From assembly GCA_035703635.1 (NCBI GenBank), contig DASSXV010000069.1:1-64000 (forward strand): 64,000 bases of DNA. Direction: 5' to 3'. Made by a program: the position numbers and the translations under genes. The notes under the pieces are model-generated. The model was not told the DNA's origin. It worked only from the letters and a program-made list of their open reading frames with translations, and did no database searches. Positions 30,121 to 39,595 of the stretch are shown piece by piece. Origin of the DNA: Trueperaceae bacterium (GTDB lineage Bacteria > Deinococcota > Deinococci > Deinococcales > Trueperaceae). Numbering within the stretch: the stretch's first letter is position 1; every line of letters begins with the position of its first letter.

Positions 30121-30869
30121 GCCGCCGCTCCGTTCGCGAGGTCGTAGCGGCTGACGAGGCGGAAGAACGCCTCCTCGAGGCCCTTGCCTTCACCCTGAGC
30201 GGAGAGCTCCGCGATGGTGCCATCGGCGATCTTGCGGCCACGGTAGATGATGCACGCCCGGCCGCATAGCTCCTCCACCTCGCTCATGACGTGAGTCGAG
30301 TAGATGACGGCCCGGCCGGCGCTGGGGTACGCCTTGACGAAGTCGATGACGGCGCGGCGCGCAACCACGTCGAGGCCGCTCGTCGCCTCGTCGAAATAGA
30401 TGACGGGCGGGTCGTGCAGCACCGCTCGCGCGATGACGATCTTCTGCTTCATCCCGGTCGAGAAGCCGCCTGCGCGACGTGACAGGGTGTCGCCGAGCTG
30501 CAGGAGGTCGTCAAGCGCCTCGATGCGCTTCTCGACGGCAGCGGGCCTCATTCCGTAAAGGCCGCCGAAGTAGTGCAGGATCTCGCGGCCAGTCAGGCGG
30601 TCGTAGAGGCCCATGCCGCCGTTGACGACGCCGATGGCCGCTCTCAGGCCCTCGCTGTCTTTCACGAGGTTGTGACCAGCAACCGTCGCGGCGCCGGAGT
30701 CTGGCGCTAACAGCGTGGCTAGCACCCGCAGCGTCGTCGTCTTGCCTGCGCCGTTCGGTCCGAGCAGGCCGTAAACCTCGCCAGACCCGACAGAGAAGCT
30801 CAAGTCGACCACGGCTTTCACTGCACCGAAACTCTTGGAGATACCGCGTACTGAAATAAGCTCGTCCAC
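30117..30869 (-). CDS. ABC exporter ATP-binding protein, NatA-like
   Basis: GPNGAGKTT, FSTGMKQK, FDEATSGLD. Confidence 0.9.
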   Translation of the reverse strand: MDELISVRGISKSFGAVKAVVDLSFSVGSGEVYGLLGPNGAGKTTTLRVLATLLAPDSGAATVAGHNLVKDSEGLRAAIGVVNGGMGLYDRLTGREILHYFGGLYGMRPAAVEKRIEALDDLLQLGDTLSRRAGGFSTGMKQKIVIARAVLHDPPVIYFDEATSGLDVVARRAVIDFVKAYPSAGRAVIYSTHVMSEVEELCGRACIIYRGRKIADGTIAELSAQGEGKGLEEAFFRLVSRYDLANGAAA

Positions 30870-30944
30870 GAGGGGAACTTTACCAGACAGGCTTCTGCGG
30901 CCCTCCGGCCGTCAGCGCAGCTGGGGGCTTGCTATCATCGCGGG

Positions 30945-31724
30945 GTGAATCAGCGCGACATCGCCGCGTTGGACGGCTACCAGTTCCTCCCGCGAGGCCT
31001 GCACGACGTGACGACCGTCGACCTGACGACGAGCGTGCTAGGAGTCGACTTGGAGGCGCCCATCGTGCTGCGCCGCCGTAGGGGAGACCGCGTTACCGCC
31101 GGTCAGCTCGCGGTCCTCCCGGCCGCCGTAGCGCTTTCAGGCACAGACAAACACGCCAGCTCGCTGACGATCGCCGTGCTACCGCCGCTTGGCATGGCTG
31201 ACCTCGTGGCGCAGGTCAGGGAGCTGGCGACGCGCGGCGTGGCCGCCGTCGGGCTTGACCTTGCCCCCCTCGCCGAGAGCGCCCCTTACGGGGCAGGCGG
31301 CTGGTACCCCCGCACGCGCGAGGACGTCGCCGAGCTGCGGGCGGCCGCCGGCTGTCCGTTGTGGCTCTTCGGGGTGGCTAGCGCCGCGGACGCCGAGGTT
31401 GCGGCGGAGGCTGGCGCAGACTGCGTCGTCGTCAGTGGCGACCTCGGCAGCCGTGTTGCCGCCCCGGCGGCTATCGACCTCCTGCCTGAGATCGTCGACG
31501 CCGTCGGCGGCATGCTCAGCGTGGCGGCTGGCGGTCCGCTACGCGATGGGGTCGACGTTCTGCGCTATCTGGCGGTCGGCGCGGAACTCGTGGTCGTAGA
31601 CGGCGACCGCGACCCGACTGACCTGCTAGCGGAACTCAGCTACGCCATGCGCCTAACCGGCTGCGCCAACCTAGGTGACGTCGGCTACGACCTCCTCTTC
31701 GCCCCGCTGTTCGACGAAACGTGA
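30945..31724 (+). CDS. degenerate FMN-dependent alpha-hydroxy acid dehydrogenase-like protein
   Basis: PR.L.DV..VDLTT.VLG..L..PI, LLPEIVDAVG, G.DVL..LA.GA, EL..AM.LTGC match the family, but catalytic motifs are altered. Confidence 0.7.
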   Translation: MNQRDIAALDGYQFLPRGLHDVTTVDLTTSVLGVDLEAPIVLRRRRGDRVTAGQLAVLPAAVALSGTDKHASSLTIAVLPPLGMADLVAQVRELATRGVAAVGLDLAPLAESAPYGAGGWYPRTREDVAELRAAAGCPLWLFGVASAADAEVAAEAGADCVVVSGDLGSRVAAPAAIDLLPEIVDAVGGMLSVAAGGPLRDGVDVLRYLAVGAELVVVDGDRDPTDLLAELSYAMRLTGCANLGDVGYDLLFAPLFDET

Positions 31725-32311
31725 TCGCGTTCGTCGACGGCGTCGTTGCCGAGGTCGGAGAGGCAAGCGTCGTGGTGGCTGTCGGTGGCTTCGGGCTGGA
31801 GGTGCTGGCGCCGAGTTCCACGCTCGCCCGCTGCACAGTCGGTCAACAGATCAAACTGCGCACGCTGCTCGTGTTTCGCGATGAGCAGCCGAGCCTTTTC
31901 GGTTTTCACCAGTCCGAGCAGGCCGTGCTCTTCCGGCGCCTGCTTGATGTCGGCGGCATCGGCCCTAAGCTGGCGCTGGCGATTCTCTCGAGCATCCCAC
32001 CTGCCCTCGTCGTGACCGCCGTCGTCAACGCCGACCCTGCGCTTCTGACGAGCGCCCCAGGGGTGGGGAAGCGCACGGCGGAGCGCATCGTGCTCGAGCT
32101 GAAGGGGCGCTTGCCAGAGGAGCTTCTCGCCCTCGACTCCGGGGCCACGAGTGCTGGCATCGGGAGTGCAGGCGAGGACGCCGTTGCCGCCCTGTTGGCG
32201 CTTGGTTACCGCGAAGGTCAGGTGCGCAACCTGATCGTCGAGTTGGCAGCCCAGAACCGCGAAGACGGCGCCGAAGCGCTCATCCGCAAGGCGCTAGCCC
32301 GGTTGCGTTGA
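31721..32311 (+). CDS. ruvA: Holliday junction branch migration protein RuvA
   Basis: MIAFVDG, LFGF, GIGPKLALAIL, PGVGKRTAERIVLELK, AL.ALGY. Confidence 0.96.
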   Translation: MIAFVDGVVAEVGEASVVVAVGGFGLEVLAPSSTLARCTVGQQIKLRTLLVFRDEQPSLFGFHQSEQAVLFRRLLDVGGIGPKLALAILSSIPPALVVTAVVNADPALLTSAPGVGKRTAERIVLELKGRLPEELLALDSGATSAGIGSAGEDAVAALLALGYREGQVRNLIVELAAQNREDGAEALIRKALARLR

Positions 32312-32317
32312 GACCAG

Positions 32318-33442
32318 CTAAGCAGTGACGGGCTGGGAGCGCAGCGCCGCGGCAGGGTCGTGCGTCGTCAGGCCGAAGGTCTGTGCGACGGCCGCGTGGG
32401 TGACGACGCCTGCGTGCGTGTTGAGCCCCCTCAGGAAGGCTGGGTCGTCCAACAAGGCTTGCGTGCCCTTGGCGGCGAGCTTGAGCGCGTACGGCAGCGT
32501 CTGGTTGGAGAGCGCACGGGTGCTGGTGTTCGGCACCGCCCCCGGCATGTTGGCGACGCCGTAGTGCACCACGCCGTCCACCACGTAAGTCGGGTGCTCG
32601 TGAGTGGTGGCGTGGATGGTCTCGATGCAGCCTCCCTGGTCGACGGCGACGTCGACGATGACGCTGCCTGGCTTCATGTAGGCGAGCATGTCGCGCGTCA
32701 CTAGCTGCGGCGCCCTCGCGCCAGGTATGAGCACGGCGCCGATCAGCAAGTCGGTGGAGGGAAGCAAGTCGCGGAGGTTGCCAGCGTTGCTAGCGAGGGT
32801 CTGCACGTGGCCGCTGAAGACGTCGTCGAGGTACTGCAGGCGCGCATGGTTGACGTCGAGGAGGTTGACGCGCGCCCCGAGCCCGAGCGCTAGCTTGGCC
32901 GCGTTCGTGCCGACTACGCCAGCGCCGAGCACGGTAACGACGCCAGCCTGCACGCCAGGCACGCCTGCGAGGAGCACGCCGTTACCTCCGTGCGCCCGCT
33001 CGAGGAAGTGCGATCCGACTTGCGGCGCCATGCGGCCCGCTACCTCGCTCATGGGGGTGAGGAGCGGCAGCGCGCCCGTCGCCAACTGCACCGTCTCGTA
33101 GGCAACAGCCGTTGCGCCTGTGCGCATAAGCGTGTCCGTTAGGGCGCGATCGGCGGCCAAGTGCAAGTAGGTGAAGAGGAGCAGGTCAGCGCGCAAGTAG
33201 TGGTACTCGCTCGCGATCGGCTCCTTGACCTTCATGACCAAGCGTTGCGCCCAGGCGTCGTCTGCCGTGCCTAGCTCGGCGCCTGCGTTGCGGTACTCGT
33301 CGTCGGTGAAGCTCGAGCCGGAGCCTGCGCCCGCCTCGACGACGACGCGGTTCCCGGCCCTCACGAGGTCGTGAACGGCGCCGGGGGTGCATGACACCCG
33401 GAACTCTTGCGGCTTGATCTCTTTGGGGATCCCGATGTTCAT
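32318..33442 (-). CDS. ald: alanine dehydrogenase
   Basis: IGIPKEIK..EFRV, KVKEP, FTYLHLA, PMSEVAG, DVAVDQGG, VANMPGAVP. Confidence 0.96.
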   Translation of the reverse strand: MNIGIPKEIKPQEFRVSCTPGAVHDLVRAGNRVVVEAGAGSGSSFTDDEYRNAGAELGTADDAWAQRLVMKVKEPIASEYHYLRADLLLFTYLHLAADRALTDTLMRTGATAVAYETVQLATGALPLLTPMSEVAGRMAPQVGSHFLERAHGGNGVLLAGVPGVQAGVVTVLGAGVVGTNAAKLALGLGARVNLLDVNHARLQYLDDVFSGHVQTLASNAGNLRDLLPSTDLLIGAVLIPGARAPQLVTRDMLAYMKPGSVIVDVAVDQGGCIETIHATTHEHPTYVVDGVVHYGVANMPGAVPNTSTRALSNQTLPYALKLAAKGTQALLDDPAFLRGLNTHAGVVTHAAVAQTFGLTTHDPAAALRSQPVTA

Positions 33443-33567
33443 CTCAGCTCCCTATGGGCCAGGTGCGCTAACGGTTTGGCGGTGCGCTGCGGGGCAACCC
33501 CATGAGTGTACCGAGCGCGCACCTTGGGGTAGTGGCGGTGTGGGCGCTGAAGGCCAACGAGGCTACC

Positions 33568-34536
33568 TCAGGGCGTCAGGCCGCGCTGCCATACGCGTAA
33601 GTAGCGCATGCGCTCGCCAGCAGGTTCGACGACCGCCGCTACCTTGCCGTCCTCGTCGAGCAGTAGCGTCGTGCCCGAAATGGCGAGGCCGACTTGCTTG
33701 CCTTGGCGCACGGCCACGGCGACCTTGGAGTCTAGCTCTACTTTGGGTAGGTCGATGGCGGTAACTGGGTCAAGGCGCGGCGCCGTGGCGATCTCCTCCA
33801 GCGGCGAGCAGCGCGTTAGGTCGATCGCTCCCGCCGCGACCCGGACGAGCCCAGCGAGGTGAGCGGGCGTTGCAAGCAGCGCGCCGAGGTCGCGGGCGAA
33901 CGAGCGGACGTAAGTTCCTGCCGCCACTTCCAGGCGGAAGAGCGCGCACGGCAGTTGAGTCAACTCGGGAGGCAGCTCGAAGGTGTGGCCGCTCACGTCC
34001 GGTGCGGCGGCCCAACCGCTGGCGCTCGGCGCGAACGTCGTTGGCAGGTCCGCACGGCGCGGGGCGAACCCCAACAGGTCGACCTTGAAGTAGGCCACGG
34101 CGCGGGCGGGTGGCTCGAGCGCTTCACCGCGGCGTGCGGCGGCGTAACTCCGCTGCCCCGCCTGCTTGATCGCCGAGTACGCTGGCGGCCGCTGCTCCCT
34201 CACCTCGAGGAAAGCGCTGGCTGCCTCGACGACGCGCTCGCGCGTGAGGCCCGCGGCGTCTCCCCAAGTCAGGTCCCCGTCATCGGCTGGCGCTTCCGCG
34301 TCGAGGGTCGGGGTGCCAAGGCCGAAAGCTACCCAAGCGAGGTACGACTTGCGGCTGGCGCTCATGAAGGGCGACAGCTTCGTCGCTTCTTCCGACAAGA
34401 GGACGAGCACGCCGGTGGCGAGCGGGTCGAGGGTGCCCGCGTGCCCGACACGCCTAGTGCCGAGCAGGCGGCGCGCCCGCGCCACGGCGTCATGCGAGGT
34501 GATGCCTAGCGGCTTGTAGACGAGGTGGATGGGCAC
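33568..34536 (-). CDS. truB: tRNA pseudouridine(55) synthase
   Basis: KPLGITSHD, GHAGTLDPLATGVL, PPAYSAIK, GTYVRS. Confidence 0.95.
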   Translation of the reverse strand: MPIHLVYKPLGITSHDAVARARRLLGTRRVGHAGTLDPLATGVLVLLSEEATKLSPFMSASRKSYLAWVAFGLGTPTLDAEAPADDGDLTWGDAAGLTRERVVEAASAFLEVREQRPPAYSAIKQAGQRSYAAARRGEALEPPARAVAYFKVDLLGFAPRRADLPTTFAPSASGWAAAPDVSGHTFELPPELTQLPCALFRLEVAAGTYVRSFARDLGALLATPAHLAGLVRVAAGAIDLTRCSPLEEIATAPRLDPVTAIDLPKVELDSKVAVAVRQGKQVGLAISGTTLLLDEDGKVAAVVEPAGERMRYLRVWQRGLTP

Positions 34537-34594
34537 TGAGCCATCATGCCACCCGCATGCCGCTTGTTGGTCGCCCGCGGACCTCGTCGGCGAG

Positions 34595-36253
34595 TTACAG
34601 GAACAGCGCCCGCACCCACGGGCTGACGAGCGCGGCGACTATCAACCCGACGTGGAGGGTGAGCTGCGCGACCACGACTTCCCAGCCGCTGCGGCGCCTG
34701 CGGTAAGCGTCCGCCAGGATGAGGCCGAAAGGTACGAGGAGGACGAGCGGCGCGCCGAACGCCAGGGCGTAAAGGGCAGCCGAGGCGATGGTCGCGATCG
34801 TCTTGTCGTAGCGCCGCATGAGGGGCGGGATGGCGAACGACCGGAAGTAGATCTCGGACAGCGGCACGAGGATCGAGGCTGCGACCACGAGGGGCGTGGT
34901 GCGCATGTAATCGAGGTAGAAGCGCCCGAGTGGTCCGTCGCCGCCGCTGTAATGCAGGTAGGCGAGTGTGGCTGCGAGGAACAAGACGCCCCAACCGACG
35001 CCGTACGAGGCGTGATGGCCGTTGCCGAGCAGCGTCTCCATGGCGTCGAAACCGTTGGTCTGCACGCGCCGCCAAGAGAGCAGAGCGAGCGCCACGGCGA
35101 GGGTGAGGAGGAAGAGCGCCCTGCATTCGTCGGCGAGCGCGGGAGTGAACAGCGCGAGGAAGTTGTCGTAGCGCACTAGTCCGTAGATGACGGTGACGAA
35201 CAGGGCGACGAGCAGCGAAGCGATGAACGTGCCGTACACCTGACCGACGCTCCAGTTGCGGGGCCCTTCCACGACCTCGAGGGTGGACGAGGAGGCAATG
35301 CGGCTCTCGCCGATGAGGTGCGCGCCGACGAGGAACAGGAGCAGCAGGAGCCAGATGAGCGTGTTGCCCGTGAGGAACGACGATAGGTTCTCGCGCTTGA
35401 GCGACTCGCGCAGGGCAAGCCCGCCAGCCCCGACGTCGCCGCCCGCGTACGCGATGAGCGCCAGGGCGCGCAAGTCTTGCGCTTGAGCGTCGATGTTGCG
35501 AGCGCCGCGCAGCTGGTGGGCGGTGGCGATGTTGCCGTTTGCCGCCTCCAACTCACCTTGGGCCCACTGGGCGCGCCCGAGGAGTGAGCGCACGTCGGCG
35601 TTGCGGTCGTCCCCCGTGAGGGTGAGGTAGCTCTGTAGTTGCTGCCCAGCCGAGGCGGCTTCGCCGAGCCGCAGCCTCAGGCCCGCGTCGGCTAGTCGGT
35701 AGTTGACGTCAAGCGGGTTGCCGAGGATGGCGGCGTCGTAAGCGCCGAGGGCCTCCCGGAAGCGGCCTTGCGACTGCATGATGCGGCCGCGGAGGAACGA
35801 CACGCGCCCCTCCAACTCGAGGTTGCCCTGCGTGGCGAGACGCGCCTCGGCCGCTTGGAGCTGGGCCTCAGCGTCGCCTGGGCGCTGGCTTGCCAGTGCG
35901 GCTTCCGCCAACAGCACGAGCGGTTCGGCGGTGTTCACGCGGTTGAGTACGCGCCGCAGCCGGTTCTCTGCGCTGGAGACGTCGCCAAGGTCGAGCTCAA
36001 TGCGGGCGAGAGCTAGTTCTGCGTCCGCGAAGTCCGGTTTGACTTGCAGGGCGTTGAGGCACGCTTGCCGCGCGGTCTCGAGGTCGCCGCCCGCCTCGAA
36101 GCGCAGGCACTGTTGGTAGTAGCGGTTCTCGTCGAAGCTTTGCGCATGCGCTATGCCCGCCCCCAGGATGATGAAGGCGGTCGCCGCAGCAAACGCGCGC
36201 GCCATGCTAGTCACACGCCTCCCTAGTTGAACCACTCCCGGGTTGCTTCGCAT
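34595..36253 (-). CDS. exported TPR domain fused to a C-terminal CPBP/Abi-like membrane domain (start uncertain: 36253, 36214 or 36205)
   Basis: Signal-like AFIILGAGIAHA, multiple TPR-like helical repeats, then multiple TM helices with PLSEIYFRS. Confidence 0.8.
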   Translation of the reverse strand: MRSNPGVVQLGRRVTSMARAFAAATAFIILGAGIAHAQSFDENRYYQQCLRFEAGGDLETARQACLNALQVKPDFADAELALARIELDLGDVSSAENRLRRVLNRVNTAEPLVLLAEAALASQRPGDAEAQLQAAEARLATQGNLELEGRVSFLRGRIMQSQGRFREALGAYDAAILGNPLDVNYRLADAGLRLRLGEAASAGQQLQSYLTLTGDDRNADVRSLLGRAQWAQGELEAANGNIATAHQLRGARNIDAQAQDLRALALIAYAGGDVGAGGLALRESLKRENLSSFLTGNTLIWLLLLLFLVGAHLIGESRIASSSTLEVVEGPRNWSVGQVYGTFIASLLVALFVTVIYGLVRYDNFLALFTPALADECRALFLLTLAVALALLSWRRVQTNGFDAMETLLGNGHHASYGVGWGVLFLAATLAYLHYSGGDGPLGRFYLDYMRTTPLVVAASILVPLSEIYFRSFAIPPLMRRYDKTIATIASAALYALAFGAPLVLLVPFGLILADAYRRRRSGWEVVVAQLTLHVGLIVAALVSPWVRALFL

Positions 36254-36390
36254 GCTTTCCCTTCTGACTTGCACAGCTGACGTACAGCCACATGATGCCG
36301 TAAGGCGGTCGGCAGGTGCGGTTAGTTCGTTCACTAACTGCCTGGCCCCGAGGCCGTGGCGCGCGAGTGAGACACGCGGTTAAGGTTCCC

Positions 36391-36416
36391 TGAAGCCGAG
36401 ACGTCTCGGGGTTTCA
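36391..36416. promoter_or_regulatory. inverted repeat / candidate operator in a divergent promoter region
   Basis: Perfect 14-bp palindrome CCGAGACGTCTCGG (36396-36409) flanked by TGAA...TTCA; TAGCAT -10-like box at 36428-36433. Confidence 0.5.
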
Positions 36417-36504
36417 TGGGCCGTTGGTAGCATCATCGCATGACACGCAGTCTGCCAGCGCACCAAGCATCTGCGGGCGCTCCCACGGTTATCGGGGGCG
36501 TTAG

Positions 36505-36885
36505 GTGAGCTTGGCCTTCCTCTTCATGCTTGGGCAGGCCGTGCTGCAACTGCCGGCCATGGTGGAGGGCACCGAGGTAAGGCTCGTGTCGCTCGACCTG
36601 CTTACGGTGTACGTGTCCGCGCGCGTCGTCGATGGGCGCCTAGTGTTCCGCGAGTTTCCGCCGCCCGGCACGGAAGTGCGGGTGCTTATCTTCCCGCCGG
36701 GCGAGGACCCGGCCGCCAAGGCGGCCGCTTTGACCGGCGCGTCGGCCTACACGGGGCGCATTACCGACGGGGGCGCCGACGTGTTATTGACCGTCTATGG
36801 CAGAACTAACCCGGTCTCGCTGCGCGAGGTCCTCCTCGAGGAGCGCGAGGTGTGGCTAGACTTACCCATGGGAAGGAGCCGCTGA
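36505..36885 (+). CDS. hypothetical protein, first gene of the two-component operon
   Basis: 126 aa, hydrophobic N-terminus, stop directly abuts the response regulator ATG. Confidence 0.75.
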   Translation: MSLAFLFMLGQAVLQLPAMVEGTEVRLVSLDLLTVYVSARVVDGRLVFREFPPPGTEVRVLIFPPGEDPAAKAAALTGASAYTGRITDGGADVLLTVYGRTNPVSLREVLLEEREVWLDLPMGRSR

Positions 36886-37554
36886 ATGGCTACCAATCGG
36901 ATCCTGATAGTCGAAGACGACGTCGACATCCTGCGGCTCCTCTCGCGCGAGCTCGAAGACGCCGGTTTCGAAGTCGCCGCGTACGACAGCGGCATGCGTG
37001 GCCTTTCGGCTGTGCGCGAGTCCAGCCCGGACCTGGTCATCCTCGACCTCGGCTTGCCAGACCTGAGCGGCCAAGAGATCGCGCGCAGGCTGCGCCACAC
37101 GGGCAACATCCCCATCATCATCCTGACGGCGGCCGACGAGGTCGGCACGAAAGTCGAGATGCTCAACGCCGGCGCCGACGACTATCTGGCCAAGCCGTTC
37201 CACGTGGAGGAGCTGTTGGCCCGCATCAACGTGCAGCTGCGCAAGCGCACGTTAGGCGTGGCGCAGAAGATCGGCGACCTGACCATCGACCCTGCCCGCA
37301 GGCAAGTGTTCTGGGAGGCAGAGGAAGTGCGCTTCAGCCCCCGCGAGTACGAGCTGCTGCACTACCTGGCCGGCCAACCCGGCAGGGTATACAGCCGCAA
37401 AGAGATCGAACATAACGTGTGGGGCGAGGAACTGCCGCCCTCCTCCAACGTAGTCGACGTGCACATCGCTAACATCAGGAGCAAGCTACGCGATGCGGGA
37501 GGCTTCGGTGTGATCAGGACCGTCCGCGGTGTGGGTTACGCCCTCAAGTCGTGA
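36886..37554 (+). CDS. OmpR/PhoB-family response regulator
   Basis: ILIVEDD, ILDLGLPD, GADDYLAKPF, winged helix SNVVDVHIANIRSKL, RTVRGVGY. Confidence 0.96.
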   Translation: MATNRILIVEDDVDILRLLSRELEDAGFEVAAYDSGMRGLSAVRESSPDLVILDLGLPDLSGQEIARRLRHTGNIPIIILTAADEVGTKVEMLNAGADDYLAKPFHVEELLARINVQLRKRTLGVAQKIGDLTIDPARRQVFWEAEEVRFSPREYELLHYLAGQPGRVYSRKEIEHNVWGEELPPSSNVVDVHIANIRSKLRDAGGFGVIRTVRGVGYALKS

Positions 37555-37561
37555 GGCGCGA

Positions 37562-38917
37562 GTGGGCCGCGCGGGCCTCGTGCCTCTGCTGAAGACCCCG
37601 AGACTGGCGCTTAAGTGGCGCGTAGCCCTGCTCGCTGCCGCGGCCATCGCCCTGCTAGCTGGCTTGACCATGGTCGTGGCTTACCAGGTCGTGCGCAACG
37701 GCCTCTTCGACGAGCTGAGACGGGCGCTGCAGTCCGACGCCGCCGTGGTCGCCTCGCTCTACAGTTCGGGAGAGGGAAGCGCTTCGACTAGCCTCACCGG
37801 CCCGACCGGCGGGGTGGTTCTGCAGGTCTACGACCCGAGCGGGCACTTGCTCGTCGCCAGCCGGCCCGAGTTCGAAGCCAGCGACAAGGCCTTGCCGGCC
37901 GCCGACGTCATCGGCGGCCTCGGCGTGCCGACCACGTGGAGCGGGCTCGTTGGCGGTGTCCGCATGGAGGCCGCGCTCGCACCGTTCGAGCTCGGCGTGG
38001 TGGTCGTCATGACCGACCCGGCTTACATCGGGTTCGTGCTCGCCGACCTCTCGCGCAACCTGCTCGTGGCCGCCATCTTGCTCGTCGTGGCTAGCTTGGT
38101 AGTCGGTTATCTCGTGGCGGCCGCCTCCTTGTGGCCACTGACACGCCTCGCCCGCCTGGCTTCCACCCTTGGGCCTGACCGGCTCGAGGCTATCGAGTAC
38201 GAAGGTCCGAGCGACGAAGTCGGCCGCCTGACGAGCGCCCTGAACGGCCTCGTCGGGAGGTTGAGCGTTGCGCTAGACGCGCAACGCGTGTTCCTGGCAG
38301 AGACGAGTCACGAGCTGCGTACGCCGCTCACGAGCTTGCGGGGTTTCCTCGACCGTGCCGTCAGGCGCGCCAAGCCGGAGGTGCGCGACGACCTGATGGA
38401 CGCGCAGCGCATAGCTGGCAGCATGACGAGGTTGGTGGAGGACTTGTTGCAGCTATCGCGCGGGCAGCTCGTGGTGGACCCCAACCCGCACTTGGTCGAA
38501 CTACGCAGCGACGTGCTTGCGCCCGTCGCTGGCGAGTTCCCTGGGGTGGTCGTGACCCCCGGGCTGCCAGCGCTCGTGCTCGGCGACCCGCAGCGCCTGA
38601 TGCAGCTGGTGCGCAACTTGACGGCGAACGCCGTGCGCGTCGCTAGCCACCCGGAGGCCGTCACCTTGGGCCTCGAGATAGGCGACCTCGAGGTCACCGT
38701 GTTGGTTGGGGATGACGGTCCTGGCATACCGTCCGCCACGCTGGAGCGCATCTTCGAGAAGTTCTACAAGGGCGCCGGCGGCGGCGCCGGCCTTGGCCTA
38801 GCGATCGCCCGTCAGGTGGCCGAACATCACCAGGGGTCGATAACGGTCGAGAGCGGCCCGGGCGCGACGGTGTTCAAGGTGCGCCTGCCGCTCATCGACG
38901 CGGATGAAGACGACTGA
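37562..38917 (+). CDS. HAMP-domain sensor histidine kinase (start approximate)
   Basis: Two TM helices, HAMP (DEVGRL), SHELRTPL, NLTANA, DDGPGI, GAGLGL. Confidence 0.94.
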   Translation: MGRAGLVPLLKTPRLALKWRVALLAAAAIALLAGLTMVVAYQVVRNGLFDELRRALQSDAAVVASLYSSGEGSASTSLTGPTGGVVLQVYDPSGHLLVASRPEFEASDKALPAADVIGGLGVPTTWSGLVGGVRMEAALAPFELGVVVVMTDPAYIGFVLADLSRNLLVAAILLVVASLVVGYLVAAASLWPLTRLARLASTLGPDRLEAIEYEGPSDEVGRLTSALNGLVGRLSVALDAQRVFLAETSHELRTPLTSLRGFLDRAVRRAKPEVRDDLMDAQRIAGSMTRLVEDLLQLSRGQLVVDPNPHLVELRSDVLAPVAGEFPGVVVTPGLPALVLGDPQRLMQLVRNLTANAVRVASHPEAVTLGLEIGDLEVTVLVGDDGPGIPSATLERIFEKFYKGAGGGAGLGLAIARQVAEHHQGSITVESGPGATVFKVRLPLIDADEDD

Positions 38918-38933
38918 GAGTGCGGTTGGCGGT

Positions 38934-39482
38934 CTAGAGCCGCGGTAGCGTCACTCCGGTTTGGCCCTGGTACTTGCCGTCGCGGTCGGCATAGGTAGTG
39001 TCCGGCCGCTCGCCCTGGAAGAAGAGCAGCTGCACTATGCCCTCGTTGGCGTACACCTTGGCGGGCAACGGGGTGGTGTTGGAGAGTTCGAGGGTGACGT
39101 GGCCCTCCCACCCCGGCTCGAGTGGGGTGACGTTGGCGACGATGCCGCACCGCGCGTAAGACGACTTGCCTAGGGCGATGACCATGGTGTCGTCTGGGAT
39201 CTTCAGGTACTCGACAGAGCGCGTGAGCACGAACGAGTTCGGCGGGATGATGCAGGTCTCGCCGTCCCACTCGACGAGGCTGCGGGTGTCGAAGTTCTTG
39301 GGGTCCACTACGGTGTTGAAGGCGTTCACGAAGATGCGCCATTCAGGTGCGGCGCGCAGGTCGTAACCGAAGCTCGAGAGCCCGTAACTGATGACGCCTT
39401 GGCGCACGAGGCGCTCCTCGAAGGGCGTGATCATGCCCTCCTTGGCGCGGGCGCGGATCCAACTGTCAGGCCTGATGCTCAT
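38934..39482 (-). CDS. dcd: dCTP deaminase
   Basis: [37 protein letters not shown]. Confidence 0.96.
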   Translation of the reverse strand: MSIRPDSWIRARAKEGMITPFEERLVRQGVISYGLSSFGYDLRAAPEWRIFVNAFNTVVDPKNFDTRSLVEWDGETCIIPPNSFVLTRSVEYLKIPDDTMVIALGKSSYARCGIVANVTPLEPGWEGHVTLELSNTTPLPAKVYANEGIVQLLFFQGERPDTTYADRDGKYQGQTGVTLPRL

Positions 39483-39551
39483 CGGGGCACTTTACCAGCG
39501 TGGCGGAGTCGGTCGCGGCTGCGGCGCGGGCGCCCACGGACCACTGCGCGA

Positions 39552-39583
39552 GTGATAGCGAAGTGATATCATCGTGCTAGCAC
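39552..39583. promoter_or_regulatory. three helically phased boxes, candidate RHH repressor operator
   Basis: GTGATAGC (39552), GTGATATC (39563), GTGCTAGC (39574) at exactly 11-bp spacing; includes palindromes TGATATCA and GTGCTAGCAC. Confidence 0.65.
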
Positions 39584-39595
39584 ATTGGAGGTGCC

